A DNA stretch of 64,000 nucleotides, from assembly GCA_951406725.2 (NCBI GenBank), contig OX597814.1:102672001-102736000 (forward strand). Direction: 5' to 3'. This DNA comes from Octopus vulgaris (Eukaryota). The notes beneath the pieces were generated by a model. That model made no database searches. It saw nothing but the letters and a program-made list of their open reading frames with translations, and was not told the origin of the DNA. Position numbers and translations under genes: made by a program. Positions 28,150-39,405 of the stretch are shown here, piece by piece; positions within the stretch are counted from its first letter, which is position 1, and each line of letters starts with the position of its first letter.

Positions 28150-28602
28150 CAGGGTGTATTATTATTATTATTATGACTATATATTTGACTTTTGCTTTGT
28201 ATTTGTACAAGTTGGCTACAAATCTCATCCAGAGACCTCAAGAGACAAGTTAGAAATTCAAGTTGGTGTTATGCCTAGGGTGTCATATATTTGGTTTTGC
28301 ACATAGTATTGTTCTAGAGAATGTTTAAGAAGACATAAGAAAATTATGAATGTGTTTTAAAATTTGAGATTACATAGACAGTATTTTACATAGGATATGG
28401 GCAGTTCCCATGAGCACTATCTTTTGAATTTTTGCTATTTTGGGGTTTCCTGGTATCTCAGCTAGGTAGCAATCAGCCCCTTTTGCTATCATTCCTAAGG
28501 CACCTATGACAACAGGTATTGTTTTAGTCTTGAGGTTCCACATTTTGCCAGATTTCTATTTTAAGATCTTTATACTTGGCCAGCTTTTGGTAGATCTTGA
28601 CA
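28150..28602 (-). mobile_element. R4/Dong LINE 3' part, downstream half of element split by RTE
   Basis: Minus strand VKIYQKLAKYKDLKIEI..MWNLKTKTIPVVIGALGMIAKG, followed by 3'UTR and a (TAA)n tail near 28156-28173. Confidence 0.8.
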
Positions 28603-31600
28603 TCATCATCATCATCATCATCGTTTAACGTCCGCTTTCCATGCTAGCATGGGTTGGACGGTTCAACTGGGGTCTGGGGAGCCCGAAGGCTGCACCAGGC
28701 CAGTCAGATCTGGCAGTGTTTCTACAGCTGGATGCCCTTCCTAATGCCAACCACTCCGAGAGTGTAGTGGGTGATTTTATGTGCCACCGACACAGGTGCC
28801 AGACGAGGCTGGCAGACGGCCACGCTCGGATGGTGTTTTTTATGTGCCACCGACACAGGTGCCAGACGAGGCTGGCGGACGGCCACGATCGGATGGTGTT
28901 TGTTACGTGCCCACAGCACGGAGGCCAGTCGATGCGGTACTGGCTACGGCCACGTTCGGATGGTTTTCTTATGTGCCACTGGCACTGGTACCACAAAGAT
29001 ACAAATTCCATTGATGTTCATCTATTTTGATTTGGTTTGATTTTCACTTGCCTCAACAGGTCTTCACAAGTGTCCCAAGAAGGAAAGTATGCACAGGTGG
29101 ACTGGCTACGTCCCAGGTAGGGGCCACGGGTTATGGCCTCACTAGTCTTGCCGGGTCTTCTCACGCACAGCATACTTCCATAGGTCTCGGTCTCTAGTCA
29201 TTTCCTTGGTGAGACCTAAAGTTCGAAGGTCGTGCTTCACCACCTCGTCCCAGGTTTTCCTGGGTCTACCTCTTCCACAGGTTCCCTCAACTGCAAGGGT
29301 GTAGCACTTTTGCACACAACTATCTTCAGCCATTCTTGTCACATGACCATACCAGCGCAGACATCTCTCTTGCACACCACAACTGATGCTTCTTAGGTTC
29401 AACTTTTCTCTCAAGGTACTTACACTCTGTTGATTATGAACACTGACATTACACATCCATCGGAGCATACTGGCTTCATTTCTTGCGAGCTTACACATAT
29501 CCTCATTAGTCACGGCCCATGTTTCACTGCCATGTAGCATGGCTGTACGTACACATGCATCATAGTCTGCCTTTTACTCTGAGCGAGAGGCCTTTTGTCA
29601 CCAGCAGGGGTAAGAGCTCTCTAAACTTTGCCCAGGCTATTCTTACTCTAGCAGTTACACTTTCAGCACACCCACCCCTGCTACTGACTTGGTCACCTAG
29701 GTAGCGGAAGCTATCAACTACTTCTAGTTTGTCTCCCTGGAACGTGGTAGAAGTTGGTCTCTGCACATTTCCAGTGTTTATTGCTCCTGAACATCTGCCA
29801 CAGACAAAAACTATTTTCCGAGTTAGCCTTCCTTTGACATTGCTTCACCTCTTATGTGTCCATAGCTTACACTTGGTGCACCTTATAGAGTTTCTACCTA
29901 CACCTTTTTTTACAGATCGAGCAGGGCCATCTACCTGAAGTCGTTTGTGATTGGTCCACCTTCCTACTTATTAGGACTTTGGTTTTGGCTAGGTTGAATC
30001 TAAGGCCCTTCGATTCTAATCCTTGTTTTCACACCTGAAACTTCTCCTCCAGTTCTGATAGTGACTCAGCAATTAGAGCAAGGTCATCAGCATAGAGGAG
30101 CTCCCAGGGGCATCCTGTCTTGAATTCCTCCGTTATTGCCTGGAGGACTATGATAAATAGGAGGGGACTGAGGACTGAACCTTGGTGGACCCCAACCTCT
30201 ACCCGGAATTCTTCACTGTACTCGTTGCCAACCCTCACCTTACTAGCAGCGTCTCTGTACATGGCTCGCACAGCTCTTACTAACCATTCATCTATCCCTA
30301 GTTTCCTCATTGACCACCAGATAAGGGATCGGGGGACCCTGTCAAAGGCTTTCTCCATGTCAACAAAAGCCAGGTACAGGGGCTTATCTTTGGCTAGGTA
30401 TTTCTCCTGCAGCTATTTTACCAGGAATATAGCATCAGTAGTACTTTTCCCTGGCACGAACCCAAACTGCATCTCATCTAAGCTAACTCTCTCTAATTAA
30501 TTGGGCTATAACCCTCTCCGTAACCTTCATTACCCGATCCAGCAGCTTGATACCCCTGTAGATATTTGTATCTAGGGCGTCACCTTTACCTTTGTAGCAG
30601 TTGACTATTATGCTGCTACACCAGTCATTGGGTATGACTCCTTCGTGTATCACCTGGTTAACTATACGGGTGACTAGGCTATAGCCGACACTACCAGATA
30701 TTTTGAGCATCTCTGCAGTAATTCCTGATGGGCCTGGGGCTTTCCCTGTTTTCATGCTTGTAATTGCCTTAACTACTAAGGAACTGTTAACTCGGATTGC
30801 TGGTCCCTCTGTTGGGTCGACATTCGGCAGACTCTCTTTATCCCATTCATTTTCCTCATTCAGCAACCTTTCATAGTGGCATCTCCAAGCCTCTCTCTTT
30901 GCATCCTCATTTAGCGCAAGTGAACCGTCATCCTTGCGAACACATTTCTCTCCTACCACGTCACGATTCTCTCTCACACACTGTCTTGCAACACAAAATA
31001 CCTCAAGTCTTTCATCCTCATGGCGCAGGACATTGGCAAATTTTTTCTTATCTGCTTCCCCTCTGGCTAGATAGACCTGTCTCCTAGCTTCCCTTCTGGC
31101 AGTCTGATACACTTCCCTGCTACCACCGTTCTTCCAGTCCTTCCAAGCCTGTTTCTTTTGTCTAATAGCCCTGTCAACAATATTGTTCCACCACCACGTT
31201 ATTTTGGGTCTTAAGGGGACTTTGCACCAGCCACAGATCTGGTCAGTGGCCTTCAGCAGGTTGTCCCTCAGAAGCGTCCAGTTGTCTTCTACCCCATGTG
31301 TAGCTATACCCCCTTCCATTTCGTCAAAGGCTTCAAGTAACATGTCTCTAAATCTCTGTCCATTCGCAGGGTCTTTAAGCTTCCAGACCCTTCTTCTCCA
31401 TGTTGGTTGTCTTCTAGTCGCCCTCTTAGTCCTGATCCTAAAGTCACTAACTACCAGTCTATGTTGTGGGGTGCATTCTTCGTCTGGGAAGGTTTTGGCA
31501 TTTATAAGCAGCCATCTTTCCCTTTTTCTGGCAAGGATGTAGTCGATTTGGCTAGTATGCCGGCCCGATCGGTAGGTAACCAAGTGGCTTGTCGGTTTCC

Positions 31601-32007
31601 TGAAGTTAGTGTTGCAAACCATAAGACTATTTGCATCGCAGAACTCCAGCAGCCTGGTTCCCTCCTCGTTGCGGGAACCATAACTGTAGCCTCCATGTAT
31701 GCCATGGAAGCCCCCAGTATGTTGTCCAACATGCCCATTGAAATCACCAGCCACAAAGAGAAGGTCCCTGTCGTTCGTCAATGAGGTGGTCTGCAGTAGG
31801 GTGTCATAGAAACTGTCTTTCTGTTCATCGGGTAGCCCTGGCTGAGGGGCATAGGCCGATATAATGGTTGCTAATCTATGATGAAGCACTATTCTAATCT
31901 TAAGTATTCTGTCACTTACTCTGATTACCTCAATTACTTTATCTACCCATTTCTCAGCGATAAGTATACCCACGCCACCAACCCCGTCAATTTTCCCTGC
32001 CCAGAAA
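28603..32007 (-). mobile_element. Relatively young 5'-truncated RTE LINE (APE + RT, few frameshifts)
   Basis: 496-aa ORF (30483-31973) with ISAYAPQ, GDFNGHVG, QIDYIL, YRGIKLL; then EKAFDRVPR, GVHQGSVLSP, LLYADDL, LRWYGHV; 3'UTR with ~63-bp repeats and (GAT)n tail. Confidence 0.95.
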
Positions 32008-32450
32008 ATACATTTATATCGAACGGAACAGTCATATCAATGAAGAGGCATGATTTTTGTCTGAAGTCTTCCTTTCTGGCCTTTCACATCTGTCTTTCTG
32101 TCAGTTTGAATGAAGTCCCACAGGAGTGAAATGCAATCATATTCAAGCACTGGAGGTAGTTTGTATTTCCTCCAGTTTTTATCATGGGGCAGGTCCAGGT
32201 TTTTGCAAATTACCCAGTGAATATATTGTGCTGCTCTTTCATGCCTGTTGAGATACACTGTAGGCACACGAAGACTGCACATGGAGACAACATCATGATC
32301 AATGGTTTCATTTTGTTGTTGACATGTTGGGCAGCAGCTGTTCTTTAATATGTTGGCCTGGTGGTTTCTTGTAGGTAAGCATTGACCTTGGGCTGCTATG
32401 ATAAACCCTTCTGTTTCCGATTAGAGTTCAACCATTGATGGTTAGTGTCT
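32008..32450 (-). mobile_element. R4/Dong LINE, upstream half of element split by RTE
   Basis: YLNRHERAAQYIHWVICK..LLWDFIQTDRK, then KSCLFIDMTVPFDINV up to the RTE junction. Confidence 0.82.
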
Positions 32451-32649
32451 TATGACTAGCTTAGGTCTTATGACTATCTACTACTAAATCCGGGTCTTAG
32501 AACTATTTATCGACAACTAAATCAGGTCTTTGAGCTTCTGTTACTATGTCTTTCCCACATTTTATAATTCCTAAGTTCTAGTACTTTACTCGGTTCAAGT
32601 TCATACCATTTATCAGTATGTTCAAACCCTAACCTTCTCTATAACTCTC

Positions 32650-32960
32650 AGTGGCTTACTCTTTAGGCTGTCATGTCTTTTCTTGTATTCTGTCTGTGCC
32701 AGCATGCTACATTCACTATGAGCAACACTTTCCTGTTTTGAGTTGCATAATCTACATTGGGAATCTACTTGGTTTTATGTCTATCTTAGTTTTTATCTAA
32801 TTAGTCATTAATGCTTAATCCTGTGCTGCTACCACCAAACTTTCCACCTCCCTTTGTAAGCCTTTCTTTCTGCAACCATACCCATGTCTCGCTTCTACTA
32901 TTTGCTGCATTATCTTTGGGAATCTACCACCATAGTCTTCTCTTGCCAGTTACATAATTT
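32650..32960 (-). mobile_element. Additional R4/Dong-like LINE fragment
   Basis: Minus strand reads roughly WLQK..LQREVESLVVAAQD*AL..CRLCNSKQE..MLAQTEYKKRHD. Confidence 0.6.
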
Positions 32961-32999
32961 CTGTGCTTTTGTTCTAGTTTTTAACTTTATTCCTTCATT

Positions 33000-33545
33000 C
33001 ATTTACTATTATTATTATTATTATTATGATCACCATCATTATTATCACTATTATTAAGAGGATGATGGTGAGATAATGAAAATATTACCGAAAACTTTCA
33101 TAATTTATGATGAATTTTGCGTATAATAATAAATACTCATAAAAACAAGATTAACAACAAGTTTAGGATGATAACTGTAATAACAAATAGAAGAGATGCA
33201 GCTGATGATGAAGTCAATGATGAAAAGGTTGATGTTGTGGATGATGATGATGATAAAAAAATAAATTTTGAAAGTAAATCCAATGACAGATGAGAATGAT
33301 AATTATGGTAATGAAGATTATGATGGAGCCGTTGGTGATGATGATGATGGCAGTAGATGTGGTCATGCTGGTAGAGGTTATGCTGATGGTGAAGATGTGT
33401 TAGAGTAGTGGTAATGGTGTTGGTGGTGATTGTGATATGATGTGGACGAAGGTGGTAGTGACGACGAAAATATGATGTTTTCTAATGATGGCAATGATGT
33501 TGAATAATTATGACCACAGTGACAACAACAACAACAACAACACAA
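33000..33545. repeat. Low-complexity trinucleotide region (ATT, GAT/GGT, CAA)
   Basis: Visible runs of ATT, GAT and CAA repeats. Confidence 0.8.
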
Positions 33546-34419
33546 GCAAGAACAATGGATAATCCACAAGTTTTTTTTTTTGTTTTTTATTCTGTTTATT
33601 TCCTCCTCGTGTTCCTTTCTCTTGAAGAGAATAGGCTCGTGGGGCTATAAATTACAAATTAAATAGAGAAATACAATTGACAATTTAACAATTTATTTAC
33701 ATAAGAGAGGATAACATAAAGAAAAAAACAAAAAGCCAACAATTTGTTTCAACATATATAATATTTGATTTATAAGTCACTTCAGGGAATTGGTTCAAAA
33801 AGACAGATAAAATTCCATACACAAGGAATGTTACATTACAAAATACTCGTTCCAAATCCCTTTGTGTTGACAGTTCAAATATATAAAAGAACAAAATGAA
33901 AACATAAAAATAATTACAGAATTTTACAACAGTCAAAATGTTGTTATGTATCTCCAATAATATTAATCTAAATGTATTTAAGTCGAATTCCTGACCAGTT
34001 TTAATAATATATGATAGCAACAATATAGAGATAAATAAAGTATCAAATTTTCAATTAGTTTCAGAGACAGTAATAGATTTATTTTCTATAATAAATCAAA
34101 TTTTATTTTACAAATATGTGTATGCGAGTTTGAAAGAAAGAATTTCTAGTATATCAACCAACTATTTAGTTATGTGCAACTTTCTCATTTAACTCAATAA
34201 ACACCTCAAAACAACTAACACATAATTGGTCTTAGTTACATATTCTACCAAAGGGAGAACTCCATAAAAAAAAAAAAAAAAAAAAAAAACCAAACATGTA
34301 TATACATTTTTAGAGATATAACTCCCATTGCTCTAGTTTCTACCGGACTTGGCAGTTACATTTGGGAATTGAAAGACAAAACGTTACAGTTACAACAAGA
34401 TCATTTTCCTTTACTATTG

Positions 34420-34880
34420 ATACAACCAGTGCCTTCTGACACAAATGAGATGGTTTCACCTATTGATGCCTAGAAATTATTTGTAACGGATAATATGATG
34501 GCACACATTGTTGAAGAAACAAAGAGATATGCTGATCAAATTCTTGGGACTCAAATAGTAACTAGGAAGTCATTTCTGTCACAGTGGTTCCCAACAAATA
34601 ATGATGAATTGATGAAGATTTTGGGGATCATCATTAGTATGGAAGATGTCAACATGCCAACATTGGAGCATTACTGGTCAAAGAAGAAGGTATACAACTA
34701 TAACTTCGTAAAGGATAGTATAACAAGAAACCAATTTTTCTTGCTTCTATGAATGTTGTACTTCAATGATAAACAAACTTTTGAAAAAAAACCCACAGAA
34801 GATTGCATAAAATTCAACCAGTCCTTGATATACTAAAAACCAACTTTAAATCTGTGAACTCTTTCAGGTGAAAAACTAGT
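34420..34880 (+). mobile_element. piggyBac transposase remnant, N-terminal core
   Basis: LFVTDNMMAHIVEETKRYA..WFPTNNDELMKILGIIISM..PTLEHYWS..TRNQFFLLL*MLYFND follows the piggyBac (DDE_Tnp_1_7/PGBD4-like) pattern. Confidence 0.85.
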
Positions 34881-35600
34881 GAATTATAGAGGAAGGCAGA
34901 CCGCCAATATGTTTTGCATGTGGAGTAAGGGGTCACATGAAAGCCAAGTGTCCCCAGATACACGAACAGGAGGAGGCAGAAAAGGAGAGATTGTAATGGC
35001 AGAGGAGGAAAAGGAGTTGACAGTGGTAGAAAGGAAGGGAAAGAACATTGAATCTCCAGCTAAAAATAAAAGGCTGAGGAAAATAAGAATGAGAAAAGAA
35101 AAAAGGAGGAATCAAAGAGAGAACGAACACAAAGACCAGAGCTTTCAACGAGTAAGGAGGAGGAAAGAGGGCTGAAGAGACTAGAAAGAGGAACAAATAG
35201 AGAAAGAAATAGTAACAACAGAGGCAGAGAGTGAAGTGATAGAGCTGAGAAAGCCACTGAAGGGGAGATAGGAAAGAGTTCTGGTTGCATATGGAAATAG
35301 AGAAAAGAAATCCCACGATGAAAGGTGTAATAAGGATTAAGATGGCAGAAGAGGAGGGGAAATGGAATGAGAAAGCAGTGTTGCTTGAAGATGAGAGAGA
35401 GCAAGAAGATTGAGAGAAATATTCAGAGACAGGATAGAAATAAAAGCATTACGATTTAGATATGACGAACTACCAGCAGTGATAGAGTTCGAGGAGTTAA
35501 TAGAATTTATGGTGTGAACACGGTACAAACTGGAAAAACAATTATTTAAAAACAGTAAAATGGAACTTCCTACTTTGCGGGGGTAGGAAAGCCATTTCAT
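34880..35600 (+). mobile_element. Gag/ORF1-like fragment with intact CCHC zinc knuckle, lying inside the piggyBac remnant
   Basis: 34910-34951 encodes CFACGVRGHMKAKC (CX2CX4HX4C), preceded by EGRPPI and followed by purine-rich E/K/R-coding sequence. Confidence 0.6.
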
Positions 35601-35779
35601 TCTCATTATTTTCATAATTCATTCGTTATTTGTACAGCAAATGGATACACACCAAATGTGCAAGGTTAGGTTACTGGTAACCTAACCAAAGAACCAGAGC
35701 ATGATCATTCAGAGTTTAATGTCCTGCAACTAACAAAATATCTCCTTTAAAAAGGGATGACCATTTATGCTGAAGATTT

Positions 35780-36232
35780 TTATTCATTTTTACCACTACA
35801 ATTGGGGTTGACACATCTGACCAAACAACTTGTTATAACTCCATCCTCAGAAAAAGTATAGAAGTGGTACAGACAACTTGGTCTTGAACTACTGTTAGCA
35901 ACATCAATGGTGAATACCTGGCTGATATATAACCAATTTTTCCAGCAGAGAAACAAAAAGATGTCTATTTTGAATTCAAAGAAAGCGTTCTCATGTCTAA
36001 TTTGTGAAATCACCCAAAAGAAATTGAAACCAGATCCCCCCAAAATACCAGTGTTTCTGGAAAGCTCAAGTTTCACGTGCATATTGAAGGTGATGGGCCA
36101 AAAAGTAAAACAAGAAAAACAATGTCACAGTTGTTACAATCAAAATGCCCAAATGGAAGGGACCAAAATTACTAGACTCAAAGCTTGCAGACTAAACACT
36201 TTCTGTGACATTTGCAATGAGAAGCCATCTTG
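35780..36232 (+). mobile_element. piggyBac transposase remnant, C-terminus with Cys-rich domain
   Basis: GVDTSDQ..YNSILRKS; KWYRQLGLELLLATSMVNTWLIYN; CHSCY..NTFCDICNEKPSC. Confidence 0.85.
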
Positions 36233-37769
36233 TATGAAGTTAATACATGAAATTCCATCCCTGGGGTCATGTTCAAAAAGTAAATCATAGCAAGTTCAGA
36301 CTCCAAACAATGATGAAAAGGAAGTCCAAAAAGTGGCAGAGTAAGTTGAGACTTCAAAAATTGAAGAGAAGAAAGTCCAAATGGTGACAGCAACGTGTGT
36401 ATGTGTGTGTGTGGAGAAGGTCCTGACGACATCACAGACAGTTGAATGTGCAAAGGTCGAGGATAAGAAAGTACAGACCGATTGACAGCCAGTAGAGGAT
36501 ACATCCTAGTAAGTGGATTCTTAAAACCTGGAAGAAGAGGATCTCCTGAAGGAGTTACGTCAGTTAGGAAGTAATTGGTAGCAAGTAGGAATTTTCTTGG
36601 AAATTATAACTATTGACCTGCAAATTAACAAGCATAATGATCCTTTGAACATTGTCAAAAAGGTCTACCAAATGCTGTTCAAATGGTATCGAAGTTGTAA
36701 TCTAGAAAAACGGCGACACAAATCATGAAAAGAGGCTTTTAGAGAGAGTGAGTATTTAACTGCCCTTGAATGTCTATCATTAGACAAAGAAGGGAGATGT
36801 GTGTAAATATTGTTGCTCTTTAGTTCCAGGCCTAACTTCACTAAACAGTGACCCATGATTAAATTCCTTCAACCAGAAAGATCCTTTCTTTTCCTAAATG
36901 TAAACGATCCACAACAACATTGCCCAACATATTCTTTAAGGTGGTAAGGTATGAATTGAAGAGGATTTAGCAATTAAATCTTGCAGATCTCTACCATGTA
37001 TTGCCTCCTTTAATAGTTTGGCTCCCTTATTTGAGATTAAGCTTTGAACTAAACAAGTTTGAAATATTCAAAAAAGAAAAAAATGTTTTAAAACATTACC
37101 CCCCTTCCCCACTATCAGACTGAAAGTCGATAGTATAACAAACGAGTATAAAACAAATGTCCCAGATAAACACTTATTTACAAGAACTAAATGTTCATGT
37201 AAGGGTAAGAAAAAAGCTAATGAAATGAAATAGGAACAAACATGGCAAACACATACTGTAACATTTGCAATGAGAAGCCATCTCATCGTATAACATGCTT
37301 CAAGTTACAGCAATCCAACTAATCAGGGAATAAAATATCCTAATGATTCAGAAGTTGTAATCTAGAAAAACGGCCACACAAATCACGAAAAGAGGCTTTT
37401 AGAGAAAGTGAGTGCTTAACTGCCCTTGAATATCTATCATTAGTCAAAGAAGGGAGATGTGTGTAATATATTTTGTCTCTTTAGTTCCAGTCCTAACTTC
37501 ACTAAACAGTGACCCATGATTGGATTCCTTCAACCAGAAACATCCTGTCTTTTCCTAAATGTAAACAATCCACAACAACATTGCCCAACATATTCTTTAA
37601 GGTGGTAAGTTATGAATTGAAGAGGATTTAGCAATTAAATCTTGCAGATCTCTACCGTATATTGACTCCTTTAAAAGTTTGGCTCCCTTATTTTAGATTA
37701 ACCATTGAACTAAAGAACTTTGAAAGGTTCAGAAAAGAATAAAATTAATGTTTTACAACATTACCCGCC

Positions 37770-38289
37770 AGCAGACTGAAAGTCGATAGTATAACAAACG
37801 AGTATAAAACAAATGTCCCAGAAAAACATGTTTACAAGAACTAAATGTTCATACAAGGGTAAGAAAAAAGCTAATGAAATGAAATAGGAACAAACATGGC
37901 AAACACATACTGTAACATTTGCAATGAGAAGCCATCTCATCGTATAACATGCTTCAAGTTACAGCAATCCAACTAATCAGTGAAAAAAATATGCTAACGA
38001 TGTCTGTGGCTAATTTGCTGAAGGAAAAGTTTATTCTATAACTTTGTGGGATATATATTTGTTGATGTGTCTTTTCTTAATATTGATAAGTTTTGAAAAT
38101 GAATCAGGAATATGTTATAAATTTGCAAAATCTAGTTATTGTCCTTTATTTCTAAAACATAAATCATACAGAGTTCACTAAAATATCAGTTTGTAAAAAT
38201 TTATACTGTGTACCAATAGTGGTACATGATGCAGGTTGGGACAGTTACCCATGTACCATATATGGCGCACGATGTGGTTAAAGTGTTAA
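37770..38289 (+). mobile_element. piggyBac right end within the array unit (representative copy)
   Basis: NTYCNICNEKPSHRITCFKLQQSN* (CRD tail, shares ACATTTGCAATGAGAAGCCATCT with 36208-36230); palindromes TGTACCAatagTGGTACA (38209-38226) and TGTACCAtataTGGCGCA (38252-38269); terminus GGTTAAAGTG + TTAA (38286-38289). Confidence 0.75.
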
Positions 38290-39405
38290 GAGAACAGATG
38301 CTTCAATTGGACCTATGCACAGTAACCAAGTGGCCACAACGGTGTTCGTGTGGTTCACAATATCCACTACAGGACTGAAATCCGGAACAGCATCAAGGCC
38401 ACTGCATCACAGCCTTGCCACTGAACTGCATAATGTGGAAGTGTGTAACCAGTGTTTTTGACTGTGTCTCAGGACCACTCGGAAAAATGCAGAGGCTGAT
38501 AGCTAGGGATGAAGGCATAAATTCTGTGGCTCAGGGTCATCTCAGAATAATAGCTAGGGATGCAAACACAAATTCTGTGAACAAAGGCAACAACTGTTTG
38601 CACCTTGCTGTGAAGAAGGGGTTCCATTCTCAGGTTCAATAGTCAAACATTCTAGAGCAATACTCTCACAAGTTCAGACCCTGAAAGGGATGAAGGTTCT
38701 CTGACGTGGTGGTTGCTAGTTATCTAGTCCACTAGAAGGCCGATTATGACTTTAAAAACAAAGGAGACATTACTCCATTAGACCTCCTTAAAAATGCATA
38801 GTCCAAAGGAAAATTAAAGACATTATTCCCACCACAAATACTATGTAGGTTGACTGAAGTTAATACATGAAATTCCATCCCTGGGGTCATGTTCAAAAAG
38901 TAAATCATAGCAAGTTCAGACTCCAAACATTGAAGAAAAGTAAGTTGAGACTTCAGAGATTGAAGAGAAGAAAGTCCAAATGGTGACAGAAACTTGTGTG
39001 TGTGTGAGTTTGTGGAGAAGGTCCTGACGACATCACAGACAGTTGAATGTGCAAAGGTCGAGGATAAGGAAGTACAGACCGAGTGACAGCCAGTAGAGGC
39101 TACATCCCAGTAAGTTGATTCTTAAAACCTGGAAGAAAAGGATCTCCGGAAGGAGTCACGTCAGTTAGGAAGTAATTGGTAGCAAGTAGGAATTTTCTTG
39201 GGAATTAAAACCATTCACAGGCAAATTATCAAGTATAACAATCCTTTGAACATTATGAACATAGTTCAGGAATGATGTGCGATGATTCAGAAGTTGTAAT
39301 CTAGAAAAACGGCCACACAAATCACGAAAAGAGGCTTTTAGAGAAAGTGAGTGCTTAACTGCCCTTGAATATCTATCATTAGTCAAAGAAGGGAGATGTA
39401 TGTAA
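38290..39405 (+). pseudogene. Intronless ankyrin repeat - RING - death domain gene fragment (representative array copy)
   Basis: QGHLRIIARDANTNSVNKGNNCLHLAVKKG (ankyrin); KFHPWGH (decayed RING F-x-PCGH); QLGSNW*QVGIFLGIK (death domain). Multiple stops and frameshifts. Confidence 0.75.

Noticed and set aside
34266-34289. A24 run as a retrocopy poly(A) tail
   Set aside because: No recognisable retroposed body or TSD; nearest AATAAA is ~70 bp upstream.
33000-34420. Left terminus of the piggyBac remnant
   Set aside because: No TTAA-C(C/A)CT terminus or matching palindromes found.
38744-38926. Recurrent minus-strand ORFs (MESELAMIYFLNMTPGMEFHV.., MTNDRYSRA..) in the array
   Set aside because: Antisense shadows of the + strand pseudogene; they recur only because the DNA is repeated and show no recognisable motifs.
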